DNA from: Candidatus Hydrogenedentota bacterium
GTDB taxonomy: Bacteria > Hydrogenedentota > Hydrogenedentia > Hydrogenedentales > JAEUWI01
DNA length: 22,205 nucleotides
NCBI GenBank assembly: GCA_034669905.1
Contig: JAXMOL010000077.1
Span: 1-22,205, forward strand
Direction: 5' to 3'
The notes beneath the pieces were generated by a model. The model was not told the DNA's origin, searched no databases, and was given only the letters and a program-made list of their open reading frames with translations. The number at the start of each line of letters is the position of its first letter. The first letter of the stretch is position 1. The translations under genes and the position numbers were made by a program. Positions 1-9,400 of the stretch are shown here, piece by piece.

Positions 1-127
1 AGCCATTCCACCAGAGGCCGTCTGGATAAATCCGCCCAAACGGGATACACCGGAGAAAGACAAAAACACAGTCCAAATACTCTCTAATTAAAACCTATGA
101 CTGTCTCAATATGCTTGACATCTACCG
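1..127 (+). mobile_element. Right end of an IS3-family-like insertion sequence (transposase C-terminus plus terminal inverted repeat), truncated by the window edge
   Basis: Frame 2..91 reads AIPPEAVWINPPKRDTPEKDKNTVQILSN*. The P..AVWINPP motif is one I recognise from C-termini of a group of IS3-family transposases. It is followed by an IR-like end, CTGTCTCAATATGCTTGACATCTACCG (101-127), which abuts the point where the methyltransferase departs from its family consensus. Confidence 0.7.
2..91 (+). CDS. Transposase C-terminal fragment (partial, runs off the window edge)
   Basis: Manual translation AIPPEAVWINPPKRDTPEKDKNTVQILSN, with stop TAA at 89-91. Confidence 0.65.
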   Translation, partial: AIPPEAVWINPPKRDTPEKDKNTVQILSN

Positions 128-771
128 AAGCCGTCATAGCCCTTACTTCCCACGGTCTGCAGGGCGGTGGCCGTAACGCGGGGGTCGGCGGCGACCAATT
201 CATTAAACTTTCGGATCCCGACAATATAGGGTTCCGTGCTGTCTTCATCAATGACCGCACCGTTTCGGATGACGTTGTCTGCGATAATGACGCTCCCCGG
301 TGTTACCAGGTGCATAATCTGCTCGAAGTATTCCGGGTAACCATCTTTATTCGCGTCCATAAAGACAAAATCAAAGGGCGCCTCCCCGGCGGCCACCATG
401 GCCTTCAGGGTGTCGAGGGCTGCCCCCACACGTATCTCCACCTTGTCCCCCACGCCCGCGGCATCGATATTCCGCCGGGCCACGGCGGCGTTGTGGGCCA
501 CAAGTTCCAGGCTGATCAACTGGCCATCGGCCGGGAGCCCACGGGCCATGCAAATGGTGCTGTAACCGCCCAGCACGCCCAACTCCAGCACCCGTTTGGA
601 TTGGTGCATCTGAACCAGCAGATAAAGCAGCTTACCCTGGGTGGGCGTAACTGCAATCGGGTCCAGCCCTTCTTCATCGCTCACGCGCAGGGTTTCCGAC
701 AAGGCAGGATCGTGGGGCAGAAAGAGCCCCTCCACATAGTCGTCCACCTGGCTCCATAATGCTTTCGACAT
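106..771 (-). CDS. SAM-dependent O-methyltransferase (CCoAOMT/COMT-like, Methyltransf_3); last few residues replaced by IS sequence
   Basis: SAM-binding motif VLELGVLGGYST, plus FDFVFMDANK, ADNV and QTVGSKGYDGF. ATG at 771 (alternative GTG at 774). The tail GRCQAY* is encoded by the IS end. Confidence 0.9.
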   Translation of the reverse strand: MSKALWSQVDDYVEGLFLPHDPALSETLRVSDEEGLDPIAVTPTQGKLLYLLVQMHQSKRVLELGVLGGYSTICMARGLPADGQLISLELVAHNAAVARRNIDAAGVGDKVEIRVGAALDTLKAMVAAGEAPFDFVFMDANKDGYPEYFEQIMHLVTPGSVIIADNVIRNGAVIDEDSTEPYIVGIRKFNELVAADPRVTATALQTVGSKGYDGFGRCQAY

Positions 772-907
772 CACAATTCACTTTCTCTTGGTGTTATCTT
801 CGGACTTCCATCACGATACCTACGTGCCGTAGTCCCGGTTTGAACGGACACTCAGTAGGGTACCAGATAAGGGTGATGCCGCCATACCGCGCTACGCCCT
901 TCCCCAC

Positions 908-951
908 AAAAAACTATCGGCGTGGAGGTCTTTCATACCTCCACGCCGATA
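908..951 (-). terminator. Rho-independent terminator of the prepilin-type gene
   Basis: Perfect 15-bp stem TATCGGCGTGGAGGT (915-929) / ACCTCCACGCCGATA (937-951) with a 7-nt loop. A-run at 908-913 gives a U-tract on the minus strand, about 50 nt past the stop at 1002. Confidence 0.85.
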
Positions 952-1001
952 TAGTCGCACGCATCACCCAGGTGCGCAACCTGATTGGGGCTACCCTTGG
1001 A

Positions 1002-2042
1002 CTACCAGGAACCCGCGTCGCCGCTCACGTTGCCGGAGGGCGAATCATTCTCTTTGTCCAGCGTATTCCGGGTCATGGGCCAGGTGGCGGCACCGTGGGC
1101 GGCAGGATACTTCACAAAACCCACGTGCCCATCCATGTAAAGAATGTTCGCACCACCCGGTAAGTGGTTGAACATGAGATTCTGACCCGCGCGGTCAATG
1201 TCGCCCCAGGCCCCTTCGATCCGGGTCAAGTCCCAGATGACCGGGACCGTCGATTGGGCTGCCGCCGAGCCTGCAGGATTGTTGATATCGGTGATCATGA
1301 AGCGCTCGACCCCTTCACGGAGCAACTGCACATCCACGTCTCCAAAGCCCGTAAGCGTGACGGTACCACTGGACTCCCGCTCTTCGTTGATGTCACCCCA
1401 GGTGACACCATCCATGACGGCTTCGGCCATCTCGTAGTTATTTTCCAAATCTTCCACCCACTCCGGTTTGATAAGCCGGTTCACGTAAATATACGTGAAG
1501 CTAACCATCACCGTCCGGGCACCCGTGGATGCCGGGGTGTACCGGATTGTCCCAAAGAAGGGGAACTCCAGGCTGGTATACCCGGCATCGATCCAGCTCT
1601 GTACGCCTGCGGCACCCAGGGCTCCCTGATCGAGGTCCATCAGAAAGGAACCCCCAATGGGATCGGGACCAGGCGTTGCATCTACCGGCTGAAAGACACT
1701 GGATGGGCAATGACCAATGTTGTGGTCGGTCACGTATTCAGGGTACACCTCGAAGCCCGCAGGCCCCATAACCTGCTGCCACATCCCCGACTCCCCGAAG
1801 GGTTCATCGTACCAGATATCATGGGGTGGAAACGCTTCACCCGACGATTCATTGGCGTACATTTTGAGTACGATCCCCCATTGCTTCAGGTTGTTCGCAC
1901 AACTTGCACGGTTGGCCGCTTCCCGGGCACGCGCGAGAGCGGGCAGGAGAATTGCCGCGAGAATACCAATGATCGCAATTACAACCAATAACTCAATAAG
2001 TGTAAAGCCCTTTTTGAAATCAAGACATGTTTGATTCGTCAT
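1002..2042 (-). CDS. Prepilin-type N-terminal cleavage/methylation protein with DUF1559-like region and C-terminal H-X9-DG-like motif
   Basis: [34 protein letters not shown]...SCANNLKQ at the N-terminus and [17 protein letters not shown] near the C-terminus. Start moved to ATG 2042 (MTNQ...), which follows AAAAGGAA and gives a short prepilin leader. 346 aa. Confidence 0.92.
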   Translation of the reverse strand: MTNQTCLDFKKGFTLIELLVVIAIIGILAAILLPALARAREAANRASCANNLKQWGIVLKMYANESSGEAFPPHDIWYDEPFGESGMWQQVMGPAGFEVYPEYVTDHNIGHCPSSVFQPVDATPGPDPIGGSFLMDLDQGALGAAGVQSWIDAGYTSLEFPFFGTIRYTPASTGARTVMVSFTYIYVNRLIKPEWVEDLENNYEMAEAVMDGVTWGDINEERESSGTVTLTGFGDVDVQLLREGVERFMITDINNPAGSAAAQSTVPVIWDLTRIEGAWGDIDRAGQNLMFNHLPGGANILYMDGHVGFVKYPAAHGAATWPMTRNTLDKENDSPSGNVSGDAGSW

Positions 2043-2466
2043 GACGGTATATTCCTTTTGGTTGGACAAAGAAATTGACGTACTACGAATTCGTACTGCT
2101 TGAATCGCTGCCGGTATGCGCCCTCCTTTCGTCCCGAAAAAGGAAAAGCCATTTGACATAACCGCCGACCGTTACCGGACCAGACACACCTCGCCTGATA
2201 GCGTCTCAGGAATGAAAACGTACTGCCGCTACTGGATGCAGACCGCGGTCATTAGAGCTTCGGGAAGGATAAAACCTTCCCTGCCTGTGCTCTTGGACAA
2301 TTGTGCGGAACCCCAGAACGATCGTCTTTGCCCACAGGGTTTTGCTGCATAGTTCACTACCGCTTTACACGTACCCGATGCCGAAAAATCGCTCACCTTT
2401 TCAGCTTTCCACAGCGCTCTGTCGCGCCCTTGAGCGACAGGCTCCAATTCGCTGTGTAACAAATTC

Positions 2467-2495
2467 ATCGTAAAGGAAAGCTGTCATGCTGTCAA
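2467..2495 (-). promoter_or_regulatory. Sigma70-type promoter upstream of the prepilin-type gene
   Basis: Minus strand TTGACA (2495-2490), 17 nt, TACGAT (2472-2467). Confidence 0.6.
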
Positions 2496-2655
2496 CAGGT
2501 TTCGTGATGTTTTCGCCCACGTGGCAGGTTTGGGTACCACCCGTTCAGTAAAAACACCCTTACGCTTAGTCCGCCGTACCGTAAGGCGAAACGCCCCCTT
2601 CTCCCCATCCGAGGGGCTCCGGTACTCCACGAGCACTTGTCCCTGGGCAAGTCCA

Positions 2656-3825
2656 TCATTCCTGCAAGCGCTTCTTCTCCTCGCCCTTCAACATTTCATG
2701 GGCTTCCTGCAAGCGCTCCGGAATAACCGCCCCAAAAGGATGGTCCGAAACGCATTTCGCGAGGGCCCCTTCATCAAACTCGCTGGCCTTGGCACCGGGA
2801 AACCAATGACCGCCGTTGCCCAGGAGGCCATACCGCATCTTTCCGTATTCCACCATGTCGAAGGCCTTGGCAAAATTCCAGAGTCGGAGCACCTGATAAA
2901 GATTGATGTCACCCGGTGTGTCTTCCCACTCGGGCAAGCCGACATCCCAGCTGTCAACCCATTCTTCACCCAGGGTGCGAACCAATTCTTCGCGCAGGCG
3001 GGCTTCTATGGGGGCGATGTGCTTCGCGGCATCATCCAACAGGGCCACGGCATCCATATGAATATCAAAATCTTCCGGACGGGAAACGCCACAACTCAGG
3101 GTATGCACTTCTGGCCGCGCCAGGCAGAAGAGATCGTTGAAGACCATGGGGTGCAAGGGCGAACAAAGCTCCACCAGTTTCTCGCTCGGTTTATAGAGCA
3201 GCCCCCCCTTATCGTTGGGAGAAATAATGAAGACCCCCATATCCCGCTGGGTCGCCACCTCCACGGCGGGCCAGTTGTTTTGCTGCACGTAATACCAGTG
3301 AAGATTGATATGCTCAAACATATCGGTCTCGATCGTTTCCAGCAAGAGCCGGGTCGGGCCATGAGTCGAGAAACCGATATCCCGGATGCGCCCCTCCTTC
3401 TTCCACTGAAGCGCCGTGTCCATGCACTTCTTGGTGTTCTCGAGGCATGCATCCGTATTAATACCGTGAAAGGAAAAAATATCAACATAATCGAGACGCA
3501 AGGCATCCATGCAGGTCTCAAAAGTTTCCACGAACTTGCCGACTTCAGCCTCTGGCCCCACCTTCGTCTGCACGATGAGTTCGTCCCGCTTAAAGGTGGG
3601 TAGAATTTTGCCAAGCTGGTATTCACTCGTACCATAACCGCGGGCCGTCTCGATGTGGTTGACCCCCAGTTCCACTGCCCGTTTAATACAGGCTTCCAGA
3701 TTCTTCTGGTTGTCCTCGGTAATGGTATCGCGCTCCGAGTCCTTCCAGGACTGTTGGTAACGCATCCCGCCGCAACTAATCACGGGAATCTGAAGCTCTG
3801 TCTTTCCAAATCGACGGTACTGCAT
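2656..3825 (-). CDS. Aldo/keto reductase family protein
   Basis: MQYRRFGKTELQIPVISCGGM start, HIETARGYGTSE (Tyr), VQTKV (Lys), SFHG, IGFSTH. RBS AAGGAG upstream. Confidence 0.92.
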   Translation of the reverse strand: MQYRRFGKTELQIPVISCGGMRYQQSWKDSERDTITEDNQKNLEACIKRAVELGVNHIETARGYGTSEYQLGKILPTFKRDELIVQTKVGPEAEVGKFVETFETCMDALRLDYVDIFSFHGINTDACLENTKKCMDTALQWKKEGRIRDIGFSTHGPTRLLLETIETDMFEHINLHWYYVQQNNWPAVEVATQRDMGVFIISPNDKGGLLYKPSEKLVELCSPLHPMVFNDLFCLARPEVHTLSCGVSRPEDFDIHMDAVALLDDAAKHIAPIEARLREELVRTLGEEWVDSWDVGLPEWEDTPGDINLYQVLRLWNFAKAFDMVEYGKMRYGLLGNGGHWFPGAKASEFDEGALAKCVSDHPFGAVIPERLQEAHEMLKGEEKKRLQE

Positions 3826-3875
3826 GGGAAACTCCTTCTAACGCGGGCCCCTGGGGACCCGAAACAGACTGCTTG

Positions 3876-4751
3876 TTACTCTTTCGGGGTGGTCATGGGG
3901 CAGGTCGTATCATTACCCCACTCGGCCATGGAGCCGTCGTAGACCGCCACCTCTTTGAAACCGGCAATACGATAGGCCACATAGCCAATCGTCGCATCGC
4001 GTCCCGTGTTGCAATAGGTCACCACGGGGGTATCCGACGCTGTGTGGGTAGCATCCAGGAGTTCCCGGATTACCTCGGGCCCTTTGAAGGTGTATCCCTC
4101 GTCCTCCACAAAGCCGGGCGCAGGGCGGCTTTCCGCACCGGCGATATGGCCACTGCGCGCGATGAAATCCTTTTTACTTTCGCCCCGGAAGAGCGCGTCG
4201 GAGCGCAGGTCCACGATAATGCCCTGCTTCGACGATTGCATATTCAACACCTCTTCCCGGCTGGCGTGGCGTTGCTCCTTTATCGTGAGATGCTTGTAGG
4301 CCGCCACCTCAACGGGCACTTCCGTGGGCGCGCCCGTGGCCACCGGGCGCCCCTCTGCCCGCCACTTCCGCAGGCCACCGTCCAAGAGATGGACCTCCGA
4401 AAATCCCAGATATTCCAGAATCCAAAACAGCCGTGTCGCCTGCTTCAGATCCGAACTCTTTTCCAGGCTACTGTAGACCACAATGGGACGACGGGGATCG
4501 AGGCCTGCCGCGCCGAGTTGCCGGTATAGCTCCTCCCGGGGCTTCAGCAGCCCCACCGTGCCTTCCCGGGTTTCTGAGAGTTCATCTACATCCAGGTGAA
4601 GGGCACCCGGCAAGTGGGCTTCGGTAAAGGCGTCGAGATCGCGGGCATCCACCGGCTGCACCTTCGGCAGGTCACCCAGCGCATCGGTTTGAACTAACAC
4701 CTGCTCGGCCACTGCGCCGAGCATCATGGCAATTCCAAATAACATGGACAT
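3876..4751 (-). CDS. Tandem-domain rhodanese/sulfurtransferase (SseA-like), probably exported
   Basis: HLPGA, LDGGLRKW, GHIAGA, active-site loop YCNTGRDA and YDGSMAEW. Start placed at ATG 4751 (RBS AAGGGAG), giving a short hydrophobic N-terminus MSMLFGIAMMLGAVA. Confidence 0.88.
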   Translation of the reverse strand: MSMLFGIAMMLGAVAEQVLVQTDALGDLPKVQPVDARDLDAFTEAHLPGALHLDVDELSETREGTVGLLKPREELYRQLGAAGLDPRRPIVVYSSLEKSSDLKQATRLFWILEYLGFSEVHLLDGGLRKWRAEGRPVATGAPTEVPVEVAAYKHLTIKEQRHASREEVLNMQSSKQGIIVDLRSDALFRGESKKDFIARSGHIAGAESRPAPGFVEDEGYTFKGPEVIRELLDATHTASDTPVVTYCNTGRDATIGYVAYRIAGFKEVAVYDGSMAEWGNDTTCPMTTPKE

Positions 4752-4807
4752 CCGTTGGGCTCCCTTGGGTGGGTATTGGGCCAATCAGTGCGTGACGGCC
4801 CGCAAAA

Positions 4808-7800
4808 TCAATCTTGTGCACCTGCACCCGGTGCTTCTTCAGGCGGTGTTTCTGTTCGCTTCTGGGGCCGAAAACTTTGCACGAGCCCCAGCAGGTCATC
4901 GGCCTTGAAGGGCTTGCTCAAGTAGCCATCGGCGCCACAGTCATGCAACTGGGCGAGACTCCGGTCCACGGGCTTGGCCGTTACCATGTATATCTTAATC
5001 CCGGAAATGGCAGCATTTGACTTAATGCGACGACAGGTTTCCCAGCCATCCATACCGGGCATGGCGATATCCAACAGCACCAACCAGAATTCACCGCTCA
5101 CCACTTTCTCGAGGGCCTCTTCTCCCGTACTGCATTGCTCCGTTTCGAAGCCTTCGCTCTCCAGGCAACGGGAAATGAACACCCCGATCTCCCGGTCATC
5201 GTCCACGCAGAGCACCTTATCGCCCAATTCGCTCAAGCCCGGAACGCCATGACTCAAGGCATAGTGAATCCCGCTCAACAGGGTGCTCTTGCGAAAACCG
5301 CGCCGAACACGGGCAGCCACCTGATCTTCGAAGCGCTCGTACAACGCATCGTCGTTGGTAAGCAAAATCACGGGCACCGACATTTCGGTCGGATCCCCCA
5401 GAATCTCCTCCACCACCACACTGCCGAGGGGGCCCGCTTCCGTATCCACCAGCAACACGTCGGGACTATACTTCTCGGCCAGCGTGCGGGCCACCGTCGG
5501 GTAAGCGGCGTGAATCACATCCATGCCTTCAGAAAGGAGAAGGGTCCGTATTTGAGAACTCAGTGCACGGTCCTGGGTGACCAGTTCTACCAGCAGATGG
5601 GTCTCCGTGGGCAAGGGCGGATTGGGACCGGAGCTTTCTCGCCCTGGATTCTGGGACATGCTTAAGGGCAGTACGAAGGTAAAGGTCGTCCCCTTATTTT
5701 CTTCACTCTCCGCAATAATACGACTGCCATGGAGGCGCATGATGTCCTGGGCAATAGCGAGGCCGATACCGGTACCGCCATATTTCCGAGTCGACGAACC
5801 GTCATATTGGTAGAAGCGGGTAAATATCTTGTCCAGCGCCTCTTTAGGTATGCCAATTCCCGTATCCGACACGGCGACGATCACCTGGTCGCCTTCGATA
5901 CGAATATCGATATCCACACGACCACCCGACTCATTGAATTTCACCGCGTTGGAAAGCAGGTTGTTGAAGACCTGACCGAGCTTACCCTTATCTCCCTCCA
6001 CCAGAACCGGTTGCTGATGTGCCTCGAGCTCCAGTGCGATATTGCGGCTGTCCGAAACGGGTTTTACGATCTGCATACTCATGCGCGCGCAGTCGACCAT
6101 ATCGAAGGTATCGAAAACCAGCTCCTCGGCACCCCGGTGAAGACGCGAAAAGTCGAGCAGGTTTTCTATCAGGGTAACCAGCTTCTCAATATTTCGAAGG
6201 CTGATTCCGAGATACTCTTCCTGCACCTCGTTGACGGGGCCCACCTTCCCGTTCAAAATCATGTCCGTATAGCCCATGACGGCCACCAAGGGGGTCCGCA
6301 ACTCGTGGGAGACATTGGAGAGCAGATTGGTCTTCATCTCATCCAGGGTCTTCAGTTCGTCATTCAACTCATGGAGTCGTTCGCGCGCCAGGGTCACTTC
6401 TTCGAGCGAGTGCTGCAGATTCTCCAAGAGCTGGGCGTTTCGAATCGCGATGGCCACGTGGGGCGTCATCTGCTCCGAAATCTCGATCTCATGGCGACCA
6501 AAGGCGGCCACCTCCCGTGCCCCAAGGTTCAATGTTCCGATAATGCGCTCCGTCGCATAAAGAGGCAGACAGAGACAGCTGTTCACGTCCCCCGGGAATT
6601 CACTGGCAAAGGGCGATGCGCTCCCCCGAAGATCATCTACACACAGCACCTTCTTTTCCCGCGCCACCCAGAAGGCGGACTCCGGACCATTGTCACCCCG
6701 CCCCTTATCTCCCGGACGATAGACCACGGCGGGCTCAGGCCAGAGATGGTGAATTTCCCAGGAGTCTTCTTCGGAATTCAACAGCACCACCTCGGCATAG
6801 TCGAAGGTAATGAGCTTCCGAACTTCCACCACAATACTCTCATACACCCGGCCCGCTTCCAGGCTGGAGTTAATGGTGTTGGCGATCTGGTTGATGGCCG
6901 CGATTCGTTCAGAGCGTTCCCGTGCTTCCTGTTCCAGCACCACATTCTGGGTCACATCCCGAAAGGTGCCTTCCATACCGATATAGGAACCCGATTCATC
7001 AAAGACCCGGTTGGCGGAGAGCTCCACGCAAATCGTACGTTCGTCGTTTCGTTTCATCCAGACCCGCGTACGCTCGACGAATCGGTGCCGTTCCAACTCG
7101 CCAGTCACCCGGGCGTAGTCCATCCGCTCCAGAAAGATATCGCGGAGCCGTTTTCCCACCACATCCGACTCCCGCTCATATCCGAGAATTTCCACCCCCG
7201 CCGGATTTATCAGCGTGAAATCGCCGTCGGTGTTGGTCTGGCAGATGCCATCGCGCATGGAGGTAATCAGGCTACGATACCGTTCTTCGGATTCTTCCAG
7301 TTGATTGATGTTGGCCCGAAGGGCCGTGGCCATCTTGTTAAACGACATGGCCAGCTCTTCAATCTCGTCCCCCGTGCCGATGATGAGCTTCAGTTCCAGA
7401 TCGCCCTGACGGATAATCTGGGCCCCTTCGTTCAGGAGCGAAACCGGACGGATAATATTGTTGTGTACGTTCCGGTAGGCAATAATGCAGAAGAGTGCAA
7501 TGATCACCCCCGACAAGACGAGGGTCAGCATGGCCGCCATATTGATGGTGCCGTAGACGTCCGCCGCAGACCGGTAGGCGAGCAGATACAAGGTGGTACC
7601 TTCGAAGAGGCGGTGGAACGCGACAACGGCCGGCATGCTGCCATCGTGACTTGCAAAATTCGATAGCGTCAACGCACCAAAATCACGGGACGGGTACTGG
7701 GTCAGATGGCGGGCGAGGACCGGATCCGCCGGTCCTGTGAGTGGACTGCTGTAACGTTCTGTCCCATGCGGGGCGAAGAGCACGCGAAAATCGCCCAGCT

Positions 7801-8443
7801 CGTCCTGGTAGGCGATCTCGAAACTCTCGACCGGCGCGCCCCCCTCCCCGTGCGCGTGATCGAGGGCAAAATGCAGCATGTCGTTTACCCCCTGGTACTC
7901 ACCCAGATAGGCCACGGGGCTGAACTCATCCTCTGCGATGATTGGCGCGGTAACCAGGACCTCATAGCGGCTCTCATCGAAGCCGGATACCCGGGTCACG
8001 AGAAAAGCTGCGGGGTCAATTTCCAGATTGAGTGGCGGAGGCTCGCCCCCGCTTTCACGGGTCGATAGCAACACCTTCCCGGTGTGGTCATACAACACGA
8101 AGTCGGATGGTTCTCTGGCCGAAGCCAGGGAAGAGCCTTGCATCCGTGCCAGAACGGGTCGAAGTGCGGATACCGAATCGGAGGCACTACGGAATACCCG
8201 GCTCAGTTCGGGATCACGGGCCGCCAGCGCGACCCGCTGCGTGCGGGCATTCAGGGTAAGATTCAGGCCGTCGGCCTTGAGGCGTACCGCCGTCTCAAGA
8301 TTCGTGCGAACGGCGTTTTTCTGATTTTCGCGGGCGAGCACATACCCACTCACCAGGGCGAGGGCCATGGGAATGACCCCCACCCAGAGAATGGACGTTA
8401 AAAACTTTCGCTCGATTCCACTGCGGGACTGTCGATTAATCAT
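4808..8443 (-). CDS. Membrane-bound hybrid sensor histidine kinase (TM, extracytoplasmic sensor, TM, HAMP, PAS, GAF, HisKA, HATPase, degenerate REC, REC)
   Basis: Two TM helices; HAMP (GDEIEELAMSFNKM); PAS (INPAG...GTFRDVT); GAF (CLPLYATERIIGTLNL); H-box VSHELRTPL; N-box NLLSNAVKF; DTGIG, FYQ and GGTGIGL; C-terminal REC (VDDD...LLDIAMPGMDG...KPF). Confidence 0.95.
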   Translation of the reverse strand: MINRQSRSGIERKFLTSILWVGVIPMALALVSGYVLARENQKNAVRTNLETAVRLKADGLNLTLNARTQRVALAARDPELSRVFRSASDSVSALRPVLARMQGSSLASAREPSDFVLYDHTGKVLLSTRESGGEPPPLNLEIDPAAFLVTRVSGFDESRYEVLVTAPIIAEDEFSPVAYLGEYQGVNDMLHFALDHAHGEGGAPVESFEIAYQDELGDFRVLFAPHGTERYSSPLTGPADPVLARHLTQYPSRDFGALTLSNFASHDGSMPAVVAFHRLFEGTTLYLLAYRSAADVYGTINMAAMLTLVLSGVIIALFCIIAYRNVHNNIIRPVSLLNEGAQIIRQGDLELKLIIGTGDEIEELAMSFNKMATALRANINQLEESEERYRSLITSMRDGICQTNTDGDFTLINPAGVEILGYERESDVVGKRLRDIFLERMDYARVTGELERHRFVERTRVWMKRNDERTICVELSANRVFDESGSYIGMEGTFRDVTQNVVLEQEARERSERIAAINQIANTINSSLEAGRVYESIVVEVRKLITFDYAEVVLLNSEEDSWEIHHLWPEPAVVYRPGDKGRGDNGPESAFWVAREKKVLCVDDLRGSASPFASEFPGDVNSCLCLPLYATERIIGTLNLGAREVAAFGRHEIEISEQMTPHVAIAIRNAQLLENLQHSLEEVTLARERLHELNDELKTLDEMKTNLLSNVSHELRTPLVAVMGYTDMILNGKVGPVNEVQEEYLGISLRNIEKLVTLIENLLDFSRLHRGAEELVFDTFDMVDCARMSMQIVKPVSDSRNIALELEAHQQPVLVEGDKGKLGQVFNNLLSNAVKFNESGGRVDIDIRIEGDQVIVAVSDTGIGIPKEALDKIFTRFYQYDGSSTRKYGGTGIGLAIAQDIMRLHGSRIIAESEENKGTTFTFVLPLSMSQNPGRESSGPNPPLPTETHLLVELVTQDRALSSQIRTLLLSEGMDVIHAAYPTVARTLAEKYSPDVLLVDTEAGPLGSVVVEEILGDPTEMSVPVILLTNDDALYERFEDQVAARVRRGFRKSTLLSGIHYALSHGVPGLSELGDKVLCVDDDREIGVFISRCLESEGFETEQCSTGEEALEKVVSGEFWLVLLDIAMPGMDGWETCRRIKSNAAISGIKIYMVTAKPVDRSLAQLHDCGADGYLSKPFKADDLLGLVQSFRPQKRTETPPEEAPGAGAQD

Positions 8444-8554
8444 TGACCACGCGCACCATCTGGTTGGTTCCTGCGTCCCGAATCCGGCCCGCTAGGGAAA
8501 CATATCTTCCTGACTCCGGCACGAATACATCAAATCGCGTGGCAATGGACCCGA

Positions 8555-9139
8555 CTACTCGCTCGCCCGGCCCCGGCCAATCAACTCACGCACTTTCTCA
8601 AGCAGCTGATCGACGCGAAAGGGCTTTGCAAGGTACTCATCGGCACCACAGGAGAAAATGCGCTCAATATCCTGCTCCTTAGAGAGACAGGTGACCGCCA
8701 TGATCGGAATACTTCGTGTGAGTTCATTATCCCGCAGCGCCTTGCACACTTCAAATCCGTTGATTTCCGGCATGAGAAAGTCCAGCAGGATAAGATCAGG
8801 CCCCATCTGTGCGGCCTTCAGCCCCACTTCTGTGGCGTTACTCACCTTGATCAATTCAAATCCATCATCCGACAGGATGTTTTCCATCAGTGACAGGGCG
8901 TCGGGATCGTCGTCCACGACCATAACACGACGTTGGGATGGGCCTTTCTCCCGGGGGAACATATCGTACTTTTCGCGAAAACGATCCAGATCGTCTTCGA
9001 GGATACGGTAGTGGCCGCCAGGTGTCCGGGACGCCTTAATCAGCCCCTGTTTAATCCAGTTCTTAATACTGTGGTGGGTGACGTGGCAGATTTTGGCTGC
9101 CTCAAACGTCGTATAGGCCTTCTGTTCGCGATCGCTCAC
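8555..9139 (-). CDS. Response regulator with N-terminal excisionase/MerR-like HTH and C-terminal receiver domain
   Basis: YTTFEAAKICHVTHHSIKNWIKQG...RTPGGHYRI (HTH_17-like), then VMVVDDD...LILLDFLMP...KPF. Start placed at GTG 9139 because AGGAG lies 8 nt upstream (ORF track start is 9148). Confidence 0.92.
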   Translation of the reverse strand: MSDREQKAYTTFEAAKICHVTHHSIKNWIKQGLIKASRTPGGHYRILEDDLDRFREKYDMFPREKGPSQRRVMVVDDDPDALSLMENILSDDGFELIKVSNATEVGLKAAQMGPDLILLDFLMPEINGFEVCKALRDNELTRSIPIMAVTCLSKEQDIERIFSCGADEYLAKPFRVDQLLEKVRELIGRGRASE

Positions 9140-9250
9140 ATGTGACACTCCTATGATGAATGCGCCCGGCCCGCCGTGGTGAGGGGTGGCAATTCGGTGT
9201 ACAAAAAGACGCCAGAACGCACAATTCTTACTTTAATGCCCTTTATAGTG

Positions 9251-9288
9251 ATTATATCGCTCGAATTTTCATTCTGTCAACTTTGACA
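9251..9288 (-). promoter_or_regulatory. Consensus sigma70 promoter with an inverted repeat over the -35 element
   Basis: Minus strand TTGACA (9280-9275), 18 nt, TATAAT (9256-9251). Palindrome TGTCAA-CT-TTGACA at 9275-9288. Confidence 0.7.
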
Positions 9289-9400
9289 TGGCAATAATCG
9301 CTATTTTCGCTTTTCCAGTGTGTATTCGCAATACCCCCGTTTCGAAGGCAGTTTCCAAAAATTAATCCCCCGTTCCACCCCCGCCTGCCCGGCGCGCCCC

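Noticed and set aside
101..123. Resemblance to the Tn5/Nextera mosaic end CTGTCTCTTATACACATCT
   Set aside because: The sequence is CTGTCTCAATATGCTTGACATCT, which is longer and mismatched, and it follows a transposase-like tail. A natural IS end fits better.
2043..2159. 39-aa N-terminal extension of the prepilin-type ORF
   Set aside because: Prepilin leaders are short, and the RBS supports ATG 2042.
2229..2468. 79-aa minus-strand ORF, or a c-di-GMP riboswitch, in the leader
   Set aside because: The ATG overlaps the predicted -10 box with no RBS. GGGCAAA is present, but the GAAA tetraloop/receptor architecture of c-di-GMP-I is not evident.
5729..7666. 645-aa plus-strand ORF
   Set aside because: Antisense shadow of the histidine kinase with no recognisable motifs; expected in GC-rich DNA.
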